Shown in pieces: positions 22,437 to 32,832 of a DNA stretch of 64,000 nucleotides; the stretch's first letter is position 1, and each line of letters opens with the position of its first letter. The position numbers and the translations under genes were made by a program. The DNA is from Cyanidioschyzon merolae (taxonomy: Eukaryota): the NCBI GenBank assembly GCA_000091205.1, contig AP006499.2; one strand, given 5' to 3'. The notes under the pieces were generated by a model. The model was not told the origin of the DNA. It saw only the letters and a program-made list of their open reading frames with translations, and did not search any database.

Positions 22437-22838
22437 ACGGCTGTATGCAACGAAACCACCATCTAGAAACGCCTGGGGAGCAAAGCGATTTGCATATCCG
22501 GCAGCGAGCTGAAGGCCGGCGACTCGAGTCGCTGGGAAGCGGGGCACTGGGCACCACGGTAGCTCCGCCAGCAACCTCGAACGAGGCCATCAGACCTGGA
22601 CTGACTGCCCAGGTGCTTTCGGTTCCACGACTGGCGCTCGCTCCCGGAAGCAGGTAAGCGAGTGTGCGGGTATCTCCTTCATTCGTCAAACTACAGCACC
22701 GGCATCAGCAACAGAGCAGCCGATGATGAAGCTTCGGGGAAGCAGACGCCGACGCCGACGCCGCCCCACCTGCCCCCGGGTGCACGCCAAACGCCACGCG
22801 GATGCCGCGCAGATCGATCACGTGATCCATACGTCTGT

Positions 22839-22865
22839 GGCGGCGGCGGCGGCGGCGGCGGCGGG
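22839..22865. repeat. (GGC)9 microsatellite in intergenic GC-rich low-complexity DNA
   Basis: The run is ggcggcggc... and the region 22.45-23.99 kb contains only overlapping spurious GC-rich ORFs. Confidence 0.9.
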
Positions 22866-23992
22866 AATGCATGCGTGCACGCATACGCCCGCGCATCGAT
22901 GAGCTGCCCTGTACTGGTGGCAGTCGTCGAGCGGCTGCGATTGCTGCCAGGCTCTATTGCGCGTGCATCGGTGCATTGGGACACGACGCAGTGCAGATTT
23001 TTCCTCTTTGACACATCGTTGAAACACCCACGCAGACGGACGGCAGACCAGCGATTCCCGATTGCGCGATGGATATGAGCGATTCGCGAAGCATCCGTCG
23101 TTGCACGCCGTCATTCCATACTCAAGACCCATACGTACTCGCGGGGGTACTTGTTACGTTTCACGTTGCATCGGGCGCGGCGTGCATGCTTTAAGCGTTC
23201 GCGATAGCACGCACGGCGCCGGCGCGTACGCAGCACAGACATAGAACGGCTGTGCGATACCACAGAAGGCATTGAATCCGTAATGTCGATGCTATTCGCT
23301 GCGGCGATCGGGGTACGGCGGAGCGCGCTCGGTGGGTGGCCCCCGCCCGAGAATCCCGCAACCACAGAATCAGGTTCCGAATTGCATGGCGAGCTCATGC
23401 ACCTGCTCCCAGCAGCAGCGTATCGGAGCAGTCGGGGAACCCAGACCAGTAGTTGCATTGACAACGTAAACGAGCACCGTCTGATCGCGAGAATGGACCC
23501 AGCGACGTTGGCATCCGACCGGAGCCTGCGCTTCGTTGGCGCTCGTACTTGATGAAGCGCGCGACGCTGCGATCGGCAGGACTGACGTTGACCGCCATCT
23601 CTGTAGTCACGCACCTGGGATGCACGAATACCGCTGCTGGAGCGACGCTCGAGGATGCGCACGCGACCCATACCAATCGGGGAGCGCCATCGTCGACGAT
23701 GGCGATAAAGGCACGGCGCCCGCTGGAACGCGTGAATGCCGAATACCGGCGACCAACACGACGCCATGCGGCTGCACAGGGCCGGGCAGTCGGTGCTCCT
23801 GAGTCGTCGCGCGGGCTCGTGGCGGTGCAGCTGGCACCGACCGAAGCCCTGCCGCAGGCGCAGCTTCGTTTTCGACGGCGATCCGTCGTTGTCGTTGGCG
23901 TCGTCGTCGTCGTCGAGACGATGCACCACACAGAGCTGCTGCCCCGGATCCGGCGAGGCCAGTGAACCACGCGCCCATGCTGCAAGCATACT

Positions 23993-26014
23993 TTATAGAT
24001 CGATATCAAAGTGAACCGTGGGTTGCCAGCGAAACAGGGGCACCTTCCCGTGTCCCTCTTGTTCCGCAAGATCCGCGTCGTTGCAAATACTCGCGTTGAA
24101 CGTGTGTGGACCGCGAGAAGTGCTCGCGATGAGCTGAAAGTTCCCGTATCCACGTGGACGTAAGGCGGTATTCAAACCGAAACCGATGACAACACCGCGC
24201 TGTTTTGACGGCGGTGCCATAGCCCGTTTCTCCATCCGCGTCATGGCCTGAAGCTGGGCAGTCGGCGAGTCCCGGTATTTGTTCGCTGCCTCGAGCAAAG
24301 TGTTCTGCAGATCTGTTCGGCTGCTACGATACGAGAGTCGCATGCTGGGTACCAGTAGTTCTTCGGCTTTTCGATTGAAAAATTCATCCATCCTCCGAAC
24401 GAGGAACTGACACTCGAACTCGCTGACCATGCCGCTCCGATCTGCGATGAGGGCGAGCATCTGGTCTCGGAAACGGGTCATTGTTTGATTCTGTAGCAGC
24501 TGGATTTGTCGATTGAAAAGCGCTCGGATATGATTCTGAAGTGTCGACACGAGCTCGTGGCGTTTGCGGTTCCGAACGAGCGATGCGCTGCTACTGGTCA
24601 AGGCACTTGTTTCGGAGTCGTACTTTTCGCCGGTGGTCGTCAACAGTTCTTGGGCCTTACTCCCGAAACCATCCACCAACTTGCCGCTGTCGACCTGGTT
24701 GTACCACTTGGATATTTGCTCTAACGCTGAGCGGAGCAGGCGATCGTAGACGACTCCGCAACGATGCGCTGCTACTAGTTCCGCGTAGTCTGGCAGGCCT
24801 CCTTCCTTGGGCTCAATGAGTTCTCTCCATACCATGTCCACGTACGTCGCAAATCCTTCCACCGGTAGCTCCTTGGAGTAACGGGGCGCCAGTAGGTTTT
24901 GGTAGATTTCTGCTGCGTCCGCGGACGAGCTGCTCTGCGGCCAGAGCACTGCGCCAGTGGCACCCCTGCCGGTGAGAAAGCGGCTCCGAAGCGCATCGAT
25001 CGCCTTGTTGTACGCCTCCGCCCGATAGCGGCGATGCGGAAGCGAGATAACTTCGATATCAAAGTGATCCCCAATGCGTGCATCGCGGTATTCAACTGGC
25101 TTCTCCACCTGAGTTGCCCATACAGCCTCGAGGTCACGCTCAATAATCGCAGCGATTGCCTCGAGAGGCGACCCATCATCGTGATCGTGGACGATGAATA
25201 AGATTTTGCTCCTAGCAGGCGATTCCTTCGTGAAGAGCTTCAGATGCTCACTAAATATGGTCCTTATGAGGGGCACATATCCAGAGGCCTCGGCTCGACC
25301 GATGTCTGCGTACCAAACGTTCACCAGCATCACATCCGATATCGTCGTTGCCAGCATCGCCACGCGTATCGCTCGTGGAACCGTCAGTTGGAGTGCGCGT
25401 TCACGAGCGCCAGCCCCGGCGTGATCGGCAGCGTTGGCGCTGTCTCCGCGGCGCCCAGTGAGCCTTGCTCGGGACTCCGCTTCGACGAGGAGTGCCTCAG
25501 CTTCGGCGTCTTCGAGCTCTGCAGTTTCCTCGGTTTCTCGGCCGTCGATTCCTTCTGAATCAAGAAGCAGCAGCCACGGCGCTTGAGGGCCGGCAACGCT
25601 GCAAAAACAACCACGAGTACCGCGAGCGTGTCGCGCAAATGTCCGTCCTGTCGCAAAACGGGTCCCAAAGAGGTCGTTCAAAAGCGCCGACTTGCCACTG
25701 CCCCGTGGTCCGAGACTCGTCACCACTGCGAGTTCGCGCTGTCCTAAGAAGCCGGCCTCGTTGCCGGCGACATTATTTGCGGTTAACTCGGCATCTAGAG
25801 GCCGTACGTTCAGAGATATCCAGTCGCCAAGCGCAGGATTCAGCTCCCCCTGCGTGCTGATCATGTGAAGCGGCGCAGTCGCCCCGCTCGCGACACCCGC
25901 ACTTGCCATAGTCAGCGGCTTGTGTTGCGTTCTCGGTGAATCGCACTGTAGAAGTTTGACGCAGCACCGGTCCTCTCGGCAGGTGTTTCTATCGCTGGCA
26001 CGTGCCGAGCACAC
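23993..26014 (-). CDS. RHD3/Sey1-type dynamin-like GTPase (ER membrane fusion GTPase family)
   Basis: The G1 motif is GPRGSGKSALLNDLFGTRF. Further matches are DSEGIDGRETEE (RHD3 DLEGTDGRERGED), VNVWYADIGRAEASGYVPLIRTIFSEHLKLF (RHD3 [30 protein letters not shown]) and KILFIVHD (RHD3 TLMFVIRD). The real start is probably MASAGVAS. No obvious C-terminal transmembrane hairpin was found. Confidence 0.8.
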   Translation of the reverse strand: MCSARASDRNTCREDRCCVKLLQCDSPRTQHKPLTMASAGVASGATAPLHMISTQGELNPALGDWISLNVRPLDAELTANNVAGNEAGFLGQRELAVVTSLGPRGSGKSALLNDLFGTRFATGRTFARHARGTRGCFCSVAGPQAPWLLLLDSEGIDGRETEETAELEDAEAEALLVEAESRARLTGRRGDSANAADHAGAGARERALQLTVPRAIRVAMLATTISDVMLVNVWYADIGRAEASGYVPLIRTIFSEHLKLFTKESPARSKILFIVHDHDDGSPLEAIAAIIERDLEAVWATQVEKPVEYRDARIGDHFDIEVISLPHRRYRAEAYNKAIDALRSRFLTGRGATGAVLWPQSSSSADAAEIYQNLLAPRYSKELPVEGFATYVDMVWRELIEPKEGGLPDYAELVAAHRCGVVYDRLLRSALEQISKWYNQVDSGKLVDGFGSKAQELLTTTGEKYDSETSALTSSSASLVRNRKRHELVSTLQNHIRALFNRQIQLLQNQTMTRFRDQMLALIADRSGMVSEFECQFLVRRMDEFFNRKAEELLVPSMRLSYRSSRTDLQNTLLEAANKYRDSPTAQLQAMTRMEKRAMAPPSKQRGVVIGFGLNTALRPRGYGNFQLIASTSRGPHTFNASICNDADLAEQEGHGKVPLFRWQPTVHFDIDL

Positions 26015-26058
26015 CAGGAACAGTGCAACGCGCTAGACTAGGTAGGACAGACGGCGCA

Positions 26059-26088
26059 CTGCTGCTGCTGCTGCTGCTGTTGCTGTTG
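26059..26088. repeat. (CTG)n/(GCT)n microsatellite just upstream of the RHD3/Sey1 5' end
   Basis: The run is gctgctgctgctgctgctgttgctgttgc. Confidence 0.85.
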
Positions 26089-27307
26089 CCTACAATCGCT
26101 GTGCCGGGCGGCGTACGCAGCCGTGTAGGAGCAGCAGCAGCAGCGCCTTTCGCTCGACTGATGCTCACCGAGCGCCGGCGGCGCCGCGGGCGAGGCGTAC
26201 CGTCGCCGCCGCGGTCCATCACCTCAGAATCTGTACTAATCTGTCCATCCGCATTCGTGCGCTTGGAGCGCCGCTCAAGCGGCAGTGTGCTGTTCCATGA
26301 CGGGCATGGCGCTTGGCACCGGCGGGATCGCTTGAACGAGCCGTTACCCCCCCAGGAGATGAGTCGCTGATGGTTGATCAGACCTGGAGAATCTGGTATG
26401 GCATGACCGGTGCTTTTCCTAGTGGCGATTGGAAACGTGCAACTGGGATCATTGTTTAGACGTACCGATCCCAGAAGAGAAAAATGGGATACAGAGTCTC
26501 GGTGTTAGCGCAAGAACCTGCTGAAACCGAGTACGAACTCGTTGTGCAACGGCTTGTCGTAGAGCGTCCCGCGCTCCATGGTCGCATCCTGCGAGGCTGT
26601 AGTCGACCTAGACTTCTCGACACGCTGGGATTTTCTGTGAATAAGAACTTTATCTATCCACGATGCGGAACGAAGGGATTCGCTGCGCTTTGCGGGTACG
26701 GACACTTCCGCTGTACACGTCCAGTCTAAGAGCGGACTCAAGTTCCATGTGGGAAGCCTCAAACTGCGTCGTTATCGCACCTTTCCAAGGCGGGCGGCAA
26801 ATCCTCAATTCGCATGTTCCATCACATCGGATGACCCGAGCGTCTATGGGCGTCCTCATACACTGGCTGCACTCACGGTTCCCGGTCAATGATCGTAGTG
26901 TGCTATCTCGAGTAGCGGGATCCGAAACCCCTGACGCGCGCACACGTGCATCTCTGTGTCGGGCGTACGCAAGTCCACCAGCGCCTCCAATGGTTATGCC
27001 GATTCCGATGTGTTATGCCATGTTGGACGCGTCTCCGGTACACTGGATGGCTGGCGCGCTCGCGAAACGGCCCCAGGAATGGTGGTGGTCGAGGACCCCG
27101 CTCTCGTTTAGGAGACGAGTCATGATATGAGGCGATAGGCGACAACATACCGCTCGGACGGTGTCTCCGAGGTGCGCCCCGTGAAAACATGCCTCTCCAA
27201 AGTGACGGGAGCGATCTCGTAGAGAGATATCTATCAGCAACACGCGGGTTTCAATGCATGGTCTGCAAAGCGAGGCAGCAAGCAGGCACAAACACCATCC
27301 CGAGCGA

Positions 27308-27610
27308 CTATGGCCGCGGTGGAAGCGTTGACGTTGGACCCGCTAAACCAGGACCCATACCGCCGGGCATTGTACCCTGACCCGGCAGTTCGTCCTCAAA
27401 CCCTTCGTGGCGCTTATCATTCCAGGCATAGCGCAGAGACTTTTCTATGAGATCTACGTGCGTCAGGAGCATTCGCCGACAGCAGTATCGCTTCAGCCCC
27501 AGGGCGTCAAGCGCCTCTGCTTCTGTTTTCTCTCGCAGTAACTGGAGATAGGGTTCCCACTTATCACCTATAACCTTTCCACACGTAAAACACCGCACTG
27601 GTATGATCAT
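27308..27610 (-). CDS. RPB10: DNA-directed RNA polymerases I/II/III subunit RPABC5 (RPB10), with a ~30-aa Gly/Pro-rich C-terminal tail
   Basis: [25 protein letters not shown]...[30 protein letters not shown] is near-identical to RPB10/RpoN, including the CX2C...CC zinc-binding residues. Confidence 0.85.
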   Translation of the reverse strand: MIIPVRCFTCGKVIGDKWEPYLQLLREKTEAEALDALGLKRYCCRRMLLTHVDLIEKSLRYAWNDKRHEGFEDELPGQGTMPGGMGPGLAGPTSTLPPRP

Positions 27611-28940
27611 CGCGTTCAGCGCGCAGCGTCTACGCGTGAACGTGCCGAGGTACCCGCGCTCTACGATGCTCCCTCACGACCAAGCTTCACCTTCAGAAGC
27701 GATCCTTGGTTGATTTGGAGTAGACTTGTCCCCGTTTATGAGCTCTTTGCTGTCAAAGAGCGCGCACAGACGCAAGTCAAACAGAAAGCTCTCGATGATC
27801 TGGTGTTCACGCGATAGCGAATAGCGCCAGAACGCCAGCGAGAACGCGCACACGAATCCAGCGCTAACTCTGGTGGAGCGCGGAGCGTTTGCGCCCCCTC
27901 TGAAACAGTGGACTTTCTTTCATAGTGCAAGACGACTTTCGCGTTCCTGGGTGTATCTGGTCTAGAGCAATGGATTTTAGACGAGAACGAATATTGGCTG
28001 TGGGAGCTTCGGCCCAGTTTTGCTCCAGCGCAAACGCTGAACTCCGGGCGAAGCATGGATGTCCCAGCGCTACGACGCGTGCGTTAGAGCAGCGTCCGCA
28101 TCGACATGCATCAGAGCGTTCTCGAAACCCATGCAACACTAAAAACTCGTTGCATCGAGTACGTAAAACAAAACCGCTTGAATCCGAGACAATGCAGCAG
28201 TGATACATCGGCCTTGAGTCTCGATTGTTGGAGAAGATACGAGGGCGTGCTCGCTGGGTGTACTCGGATGGTAACAAGGGCGGTTTCGCGGCTCAGGGCG
28301 GACGCCTCGACAGCAAGGGCCATTACGGACGCACGCTGCAGCGTATCCTGGTACACCCATATCAGACTGAAAAAGGGACGGGTTCTACCGAGTTGAATCG
28401 GGCGTACGCGCTCAAGTTCGGGTCCGTTCCCGTTATCATGAAGACCAGTCATTGTGGGCTTTCTCTGTAATCGCTTCCCTTTCGTTCATCCTATATCAGA
28501 GCTTTAGAACGCTCTACTCTTGTTTAACCACAACTCCGTCATCAACAGTGAAAAGATGTTGCGTAGAGCGTACAAGCTCTGATTTAGACGCTTCCGCCGG
28601 TTTCCGACGTATTTCATACACAGGCGGATGCCGCCATCGCCGCATCGCCTGGCGCTTCCGACTTGTCTGCTCCTACAAACTCAGTGCGCCCTTCGCAGGG
28701 GTACCTCTCGGGTTTTATCTACTGTTCCCATTTATCCAACAAAATTCCTCCTCCGAGTGCAGCCCCGTGGCACGACAGAGCTTGCTTCATCGCTCGGTAG
28801 ATGCTCTTGAAGCGTACGCGATGCTCGCTTAATGCATTGGTACGTTTACGCACCATGTGCCGTACTGACAATCATGGGCTGCTGGTTCTGAGCGAGCCCA
28901 TCGAAGGCCGTTCTGTTCGCTGCACGTGCAGGCGGACACT

Positions 28941-29465
28941 TTACCATTCCATAGATGATTTTTTGAACGCGATGTCGTCCATGATAATTCGAGTCCTTGA
29001 ATGAAAATCCAGGTTGGAAAACGAGAATTCGAGAAATTTCGATGCTTCTACGCTCGCATCGTGCAAAGCAGCGACGCACCCTCCACTGAAAGCAATTGCT
29101 AAGGTTGCTCGAGCTTGAGCCAAAAATCCGTTTCCATCCAAATAGAAGAGACGGGAATCTCCAGAAGCATATCTCACGAGAACGATCATGCCGCTGTCGA
29201 GTACCAATTCCTTGATGTCTCGCATGGAGTTAGTGTGCGCCTTTCGAACGAACTCGATTGCTTGATGTGACAAGTTCAGCGAACTTTCGGCACGAGCGTA
29301 GGAGCAAGTCCTCGAAGTACGACGTCGAGTTTTCTTCTCTCCGGTCCAGTGGCGCGCCTTGTGGCGCTCGCAAGCTGTTGTAGAAAATGCGAAAGCTTGA
29401 TGCATGTGTGATTTGAGCATGCTTCTCGTCATGAAAAGAGAAGCATCGAGACCTTTACACATCAA
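28941..29465 (-). CDS. Hypothetical small protein, 174 aa; a Roadblock/LC7-like fold is possible from a very weak pattern
   Basis: Support is the ORF in a ~50% GC intergenic-looking region. The segment LVLDSGMIVLVRYASGDSRLFYLDGNGFLAQARATLAIAF is the only suggestive part. The N-terminus overlaps conserved motif E1. Confidence 0.2.
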   Translation of the reverse strand: MMCKGLDASLFMTRSMLKSHMHQAFAFSTTACERHKARHWTGEKKTRRRTSRTCSYARAESSLNLSHQAIEFVRKAHTNSMRDIKELVLDSGMIVLVRYASGDSRLFYLDGNGFLAQARATLAIAFSGGCVAALHDASVEASKFLEFSFSNLDFHSRTRIIMDDIAFKKSSMEW

Positions 29466-29470
29466 CCGGA
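29376..29470 (+). repeat. Conserved intergenic motif copy E1 (core 29401-29451), paralogous to E2 at 32316-32420
   Basis: About 43 of 51 core positions are identical: atgtgtgatttgagcRtgcttc..gtca..aaag.agaagcat..g.ac. The core contains a hairpin (tgcttctc ... gagaagca) and the flanks are partly similar. Confidence 0.5.
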
Positions 29471-29959
29471 TATCGATATCGGCTGCTTTACGAACCTTTG
29501 CTCGAGGGCGTGGCGAATCATCTTGATTCCGGCAACGACCATGAACTCCAGCGGCGAAGAATCGAGTGCGCCACTATGAAAAAAAACACCAAGAAGCCGA
29601 AAACCACGTGTGCACTCGTGCGCCCTTATTGCTGTTCTTGGAATACCGAGGCTGCGCATCCAAAAAAGCGGAAAAAAAATCGAAAGGCAGGAACAGAGCG
29701 AGCAGTTCAGGGTTCCGTTTCAGTCTGAAACTGATGTTTGCGTACAGGGCCGAGCACCGCGCCGTTGCCGCAGTTGCTTGGCGCTCCGCATAGCGCTGGA
29801 CTCGACAGGGACCATTCGCCACTGGACAGCGTGGTTTTCGATAAACGTGCGGCAAGCATTGCGGAGACACCGTGGAAAACCGAGACCGCTCCCGGAGCTT
29901 GGCATGCGGCAAATTCAAACCCATGCTGACCGGTTGCCGCTGCCAGTGGCAAACGTCAT

Positions 29960-31093
29960 CTATTCGGTGCCCGCCGGTGAAGTTGCAGAGCTTGTGCCGG
30001 TCCGGATGCGTTTCCGTGGTCGCGCAGACGGGGCAAGTTCCAGCGTTTCCAGACTCTGACGCGGCAGGTAAACTTTTCCGACCTTGGACAATCGGGCTGG
30101 ATCATATTTCACGTTCTTCTCACGACGTGGTAGCGTAGAGCCGGCAGCTGCACGCAGTTGCTCCTGCGTGGGCATTGTTTGACGCATCAGCGCATCACTC
30201 GCAAAGCGAGTACGACGCACTCGCCAATCCATCCACGGCATGGCGGGTTCGAGTCGTACCAGCGGCAGGCGCACGTCGCCCTCGGCTCGTTTCTTCAGTC
30301 GCACAAGATAGTGTCGAAACAGAATGCGCAGATCCCCGCATCCATCCGACTCAACGGTTTCCAATACGCTTCTAGGCGGCGACTGCGCCACCAGTACGAT
30401 CACTTGATCGATGCCAGCAAGGTTCACCTCTTCCAAATCGTAAGCCCGGAAAAAGTCCAGAAACAAGTTCCGCAGTCGCTCGCCGTGGGGTACTTTCGCC
30501 CATGCATCGCCCAGGAAACACAAGCAAGGTTTCGACCCTATGGAGCCAGCGCGTTTTGGGGCCTCAGTGTCCTGTTCCGGGGTTTTCAGTGACTCGACGC
30601 CTACTTCGATCATGTCCAGCACCCGACCGTCGAAACTTCGGCCAAGCACGAGGCCATGCGGACGCTTTTTAGCGTGCGTGGCGATCGCGAACAAGGAGCA
30701 GTCATTTCTCTGTAATAAGAACTCTAACGGGCCCTCACCGCCGAGCTCGAAAGGACGCACTTCGTTCCGCTTCCTTAGAACAGTTACCAGAGGTGCTTTG
30801 AGCCGCGCTAGCGAACGAAGAGCGCCAATCGCTACCTGCGAAGTCTTGCTTGCTCGCAGGACAAGCAGCCTTTTCGGGTTTTCCTCGAGTTTCGGTTCTC
30901 GCTTTTGGAGGGCACGCTTACCCGCCCTCGTGCGCGGTTTTGTTGTTGACGACATGGACAACGTCTGGGGCAAGGCGCAGCACGAAACGAAGCGATAGGT
31001 TGATGACCGATCGACGGGAGGCGACGCTACGCGTGCTGCGCAAGCGAGTCCAGCATCATATGTCTTTATGGAATACGTGCGCTGTGGACCCAT
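29960..31093 (-). CDS. RPF2: Brix-domain ribosome production factor 2 (RPF2)
   Basis: KRALQKREPKLEENPKRLLVLRASKTSQ...EFLLQRNDCSLFAIATHAKKRPHGLVLGRSFDGRVLDMIEVGVE...LRNLFLDFFRA...RILFRHYL...PRLVRLEPAMPWMDWRVRR is collinear with yeast and human RPF2. The real start is probably MSSTTKPRTR. Confidence 0.8.
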   Translation of the reverse strand: MGPQRTYSIKTYDAGLACAARVASPPVDRSSTYRFVSCCALPQTLSMSSTTKPRTRAGKRALQKREPKLEENPKRLLVLRASKTSQVAIGALRSLARLKAPLVTVLRKRNEVRPFELGGEGPLEFLLQRNDCSLFAIATHAKKRPHGLVLGRSFDGRVLDMIEVGVESLKTPEQDTEAPKRAGSIGSKPCLCFLGDAWAKVPHGERLRNLFLDFFRAYDLEEVNLAGIDQVIVLVAQSPPRSVLETVESDGCGDLRILFRHYLVRLKKRAEGDVRLPLVRLEPAMPWMDWRVRRTRFASDALMRQTMPTQEQLRAAAGSTLPRREKNVKYDPARLSKVGKVYLPRQSLETLELAPSARPRKRIRTGTSSATSPAGTE

Positions 31094-32315
31094 TTTCTCT
31101 CCGACGATAAAACGTTTCCATGGACAATGGGTCCCAGATTGTGAGATGGATAATGATTATCGAAAGAGCGTCCATCATGACGCACTTACCTCCGAGTTCC
31201 ATTACCTATACTTGCTTCCAGATGTACTGGTCGTTTCGTATGTCCTATCGGTCACAGAGTACCTGCTTTGGGCGCCTGCGGTAGCGCTTATATATCGCTG
31301 ATGCCGATGCATCACGGAGACAGAACAGCGTTGCCATACCGTTGAGTTCGCTCGGGCGTACTGTGAAATGTTTGGCTCCCTTCCCAGTGTCATCAATACC
31401 AACCTTTGCAGGCTTTTTCTGTGACCGTTTCCCGTCGCTTTCTCTTATCCCTGGCTTGACATGCACCAGTCTCGCCTTTCTATCAAGAACAGCTGTCCAG
31501 TGTCGAAGGACGTTGATCACAGCGTTCAATGGCCGACTTGCCGCTTCAGGCTGTTGTCGACGCATACCATGCACAGGTGAACGTTGCGATCTATGCTTCG
31601 CTTGCGATTTTCATCTTCCATGGATAGAGCTTCGGTTGCCCTGTCGCAGATTTGGCACGTCCGTGTAATCGGATGTTCGCATATGTCCACCACACCGCAT
31701 CCTCCGAGGTGCACCCTGTTTCACGTGAACACTCGCGTCGTCGCTCGCTACGTACCCGTGACGAATACGAGAAATCGTCTCGATGCCTTCCTCCATCTAC
31801 GCGCTCGGTGCAGTACCCTGGAATCACGGGCTTCTTCTGTGCGATCCAACTGCCGCTGCTCTGGCTGTTGCAAGCACGTGTTGTACTATTCTATAACGGA
31901 CTTATCGAAGACGATGTATTCAACGACGAAACTATTACTTGAAGCAAAATCAAGGCTGGACAAGAAGGCAGGGAACCTCGATCTGTCCATGGTCGCTTCG
32001 CGCAAGGCGGTTTCGCATAATCCACTGGAAGCGATCTCCACGATGACTAAAGACCGAGTCCGAGGCACTTTTCTATGCGAAGAGAAGAGACAGGAGCTCC
32101 TGGGGGCATACCCCGTGTAACATATCTCGCTGATGTCGCATGCCGTTCCGTTGATGGCCACCAAAATAGGAGGTTTTTTTCTCGACCGGAATTGCTTATC
32201 TTACGAGACATGTTGCGTGAGCTTCCGTCATGAGCTTGTGCACAAGCCTCCGATAGACGACGTTGGGTCTCCCTTCATCTTCTGTTGGCTGGCGAGAATT
32301 GCTGCACCATCGAAT

Positions 32316-32420
32316 CGCTTTGTAAGAGAAAATCGATAAGTTGGAGGATGTGTGATTTGAGCGTGCTTCATGTCAGTAAAGCAGAAGCATGCGGACGTGT
32401 GCATACGCATTGGATGAACC
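32316..32420 (+). repeat. Conserved intergenic motif copy E2 (core 32347-32397)
   Basis: See E1. It lies ~415 bp upstream of the FANCL-like gene ORF start and about 1.2 kb upstream of the RPF2 start on the opposite side. Confidence 0.5.
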
Positions 32421-32832
32421 ATTCGGCTCTTTTAAGGATCTTTTTTTTGAGGGTGTCGCCGAATCCGGTTCATCCCAGGCACGGTACGCGTTCCAGCGCC
32501 ACTGCGTCGGGCGGAGCCACACTGGGGATACGATCGAGCATACGAAAACGACGTATGCGTCCGCAATCCCTTACTGCTTCACTGCGCACGCCACTGCTGT
32601 AGACTAAAAATACGTATGGAGAAAAGTCGAAATGCAGCCCGAGAGCCAGCAGTTCCGTTTTCCATGATGATCCTCTGCTCCCGTTCGTGAAAGCGCAGTC
32701 TGCTTCGCCGCAGCCTGTGCCGCACGACACACCGATGGCGCTGTCGCGATCCTTTCATGAGGCTGTGCCGATGCCGCTCCAAAAAGCGCAACGCACTACC
32801 CATGCCTTCGTTCTACCACGATTGCAGGGGCG

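Noticed and set aside
22450-23990. Several overlapping 250-290-aa ORFs on the minus strand (23111..23989, 23395..24153) and Arg-rich ORFs
   Set aside because: The region is GC-rich low-complexity DNA containing (GGC)n, and the ORFs overlap each other in different frames. The translations are Arg/Ala/Ser-rich with no domain and are typical of chance ORFs in high-GC sequence.
31584-32120. 178-aa ORF with a Cys cluster (NCRCSGCCKH) loosely resembling the Cys cluster in the 3' fragment of Fanzor-like copy A (VCHCCTTG)
   Set aside because: It is too short and non-specific. It has no RuvC motifs nearby and could be chance.
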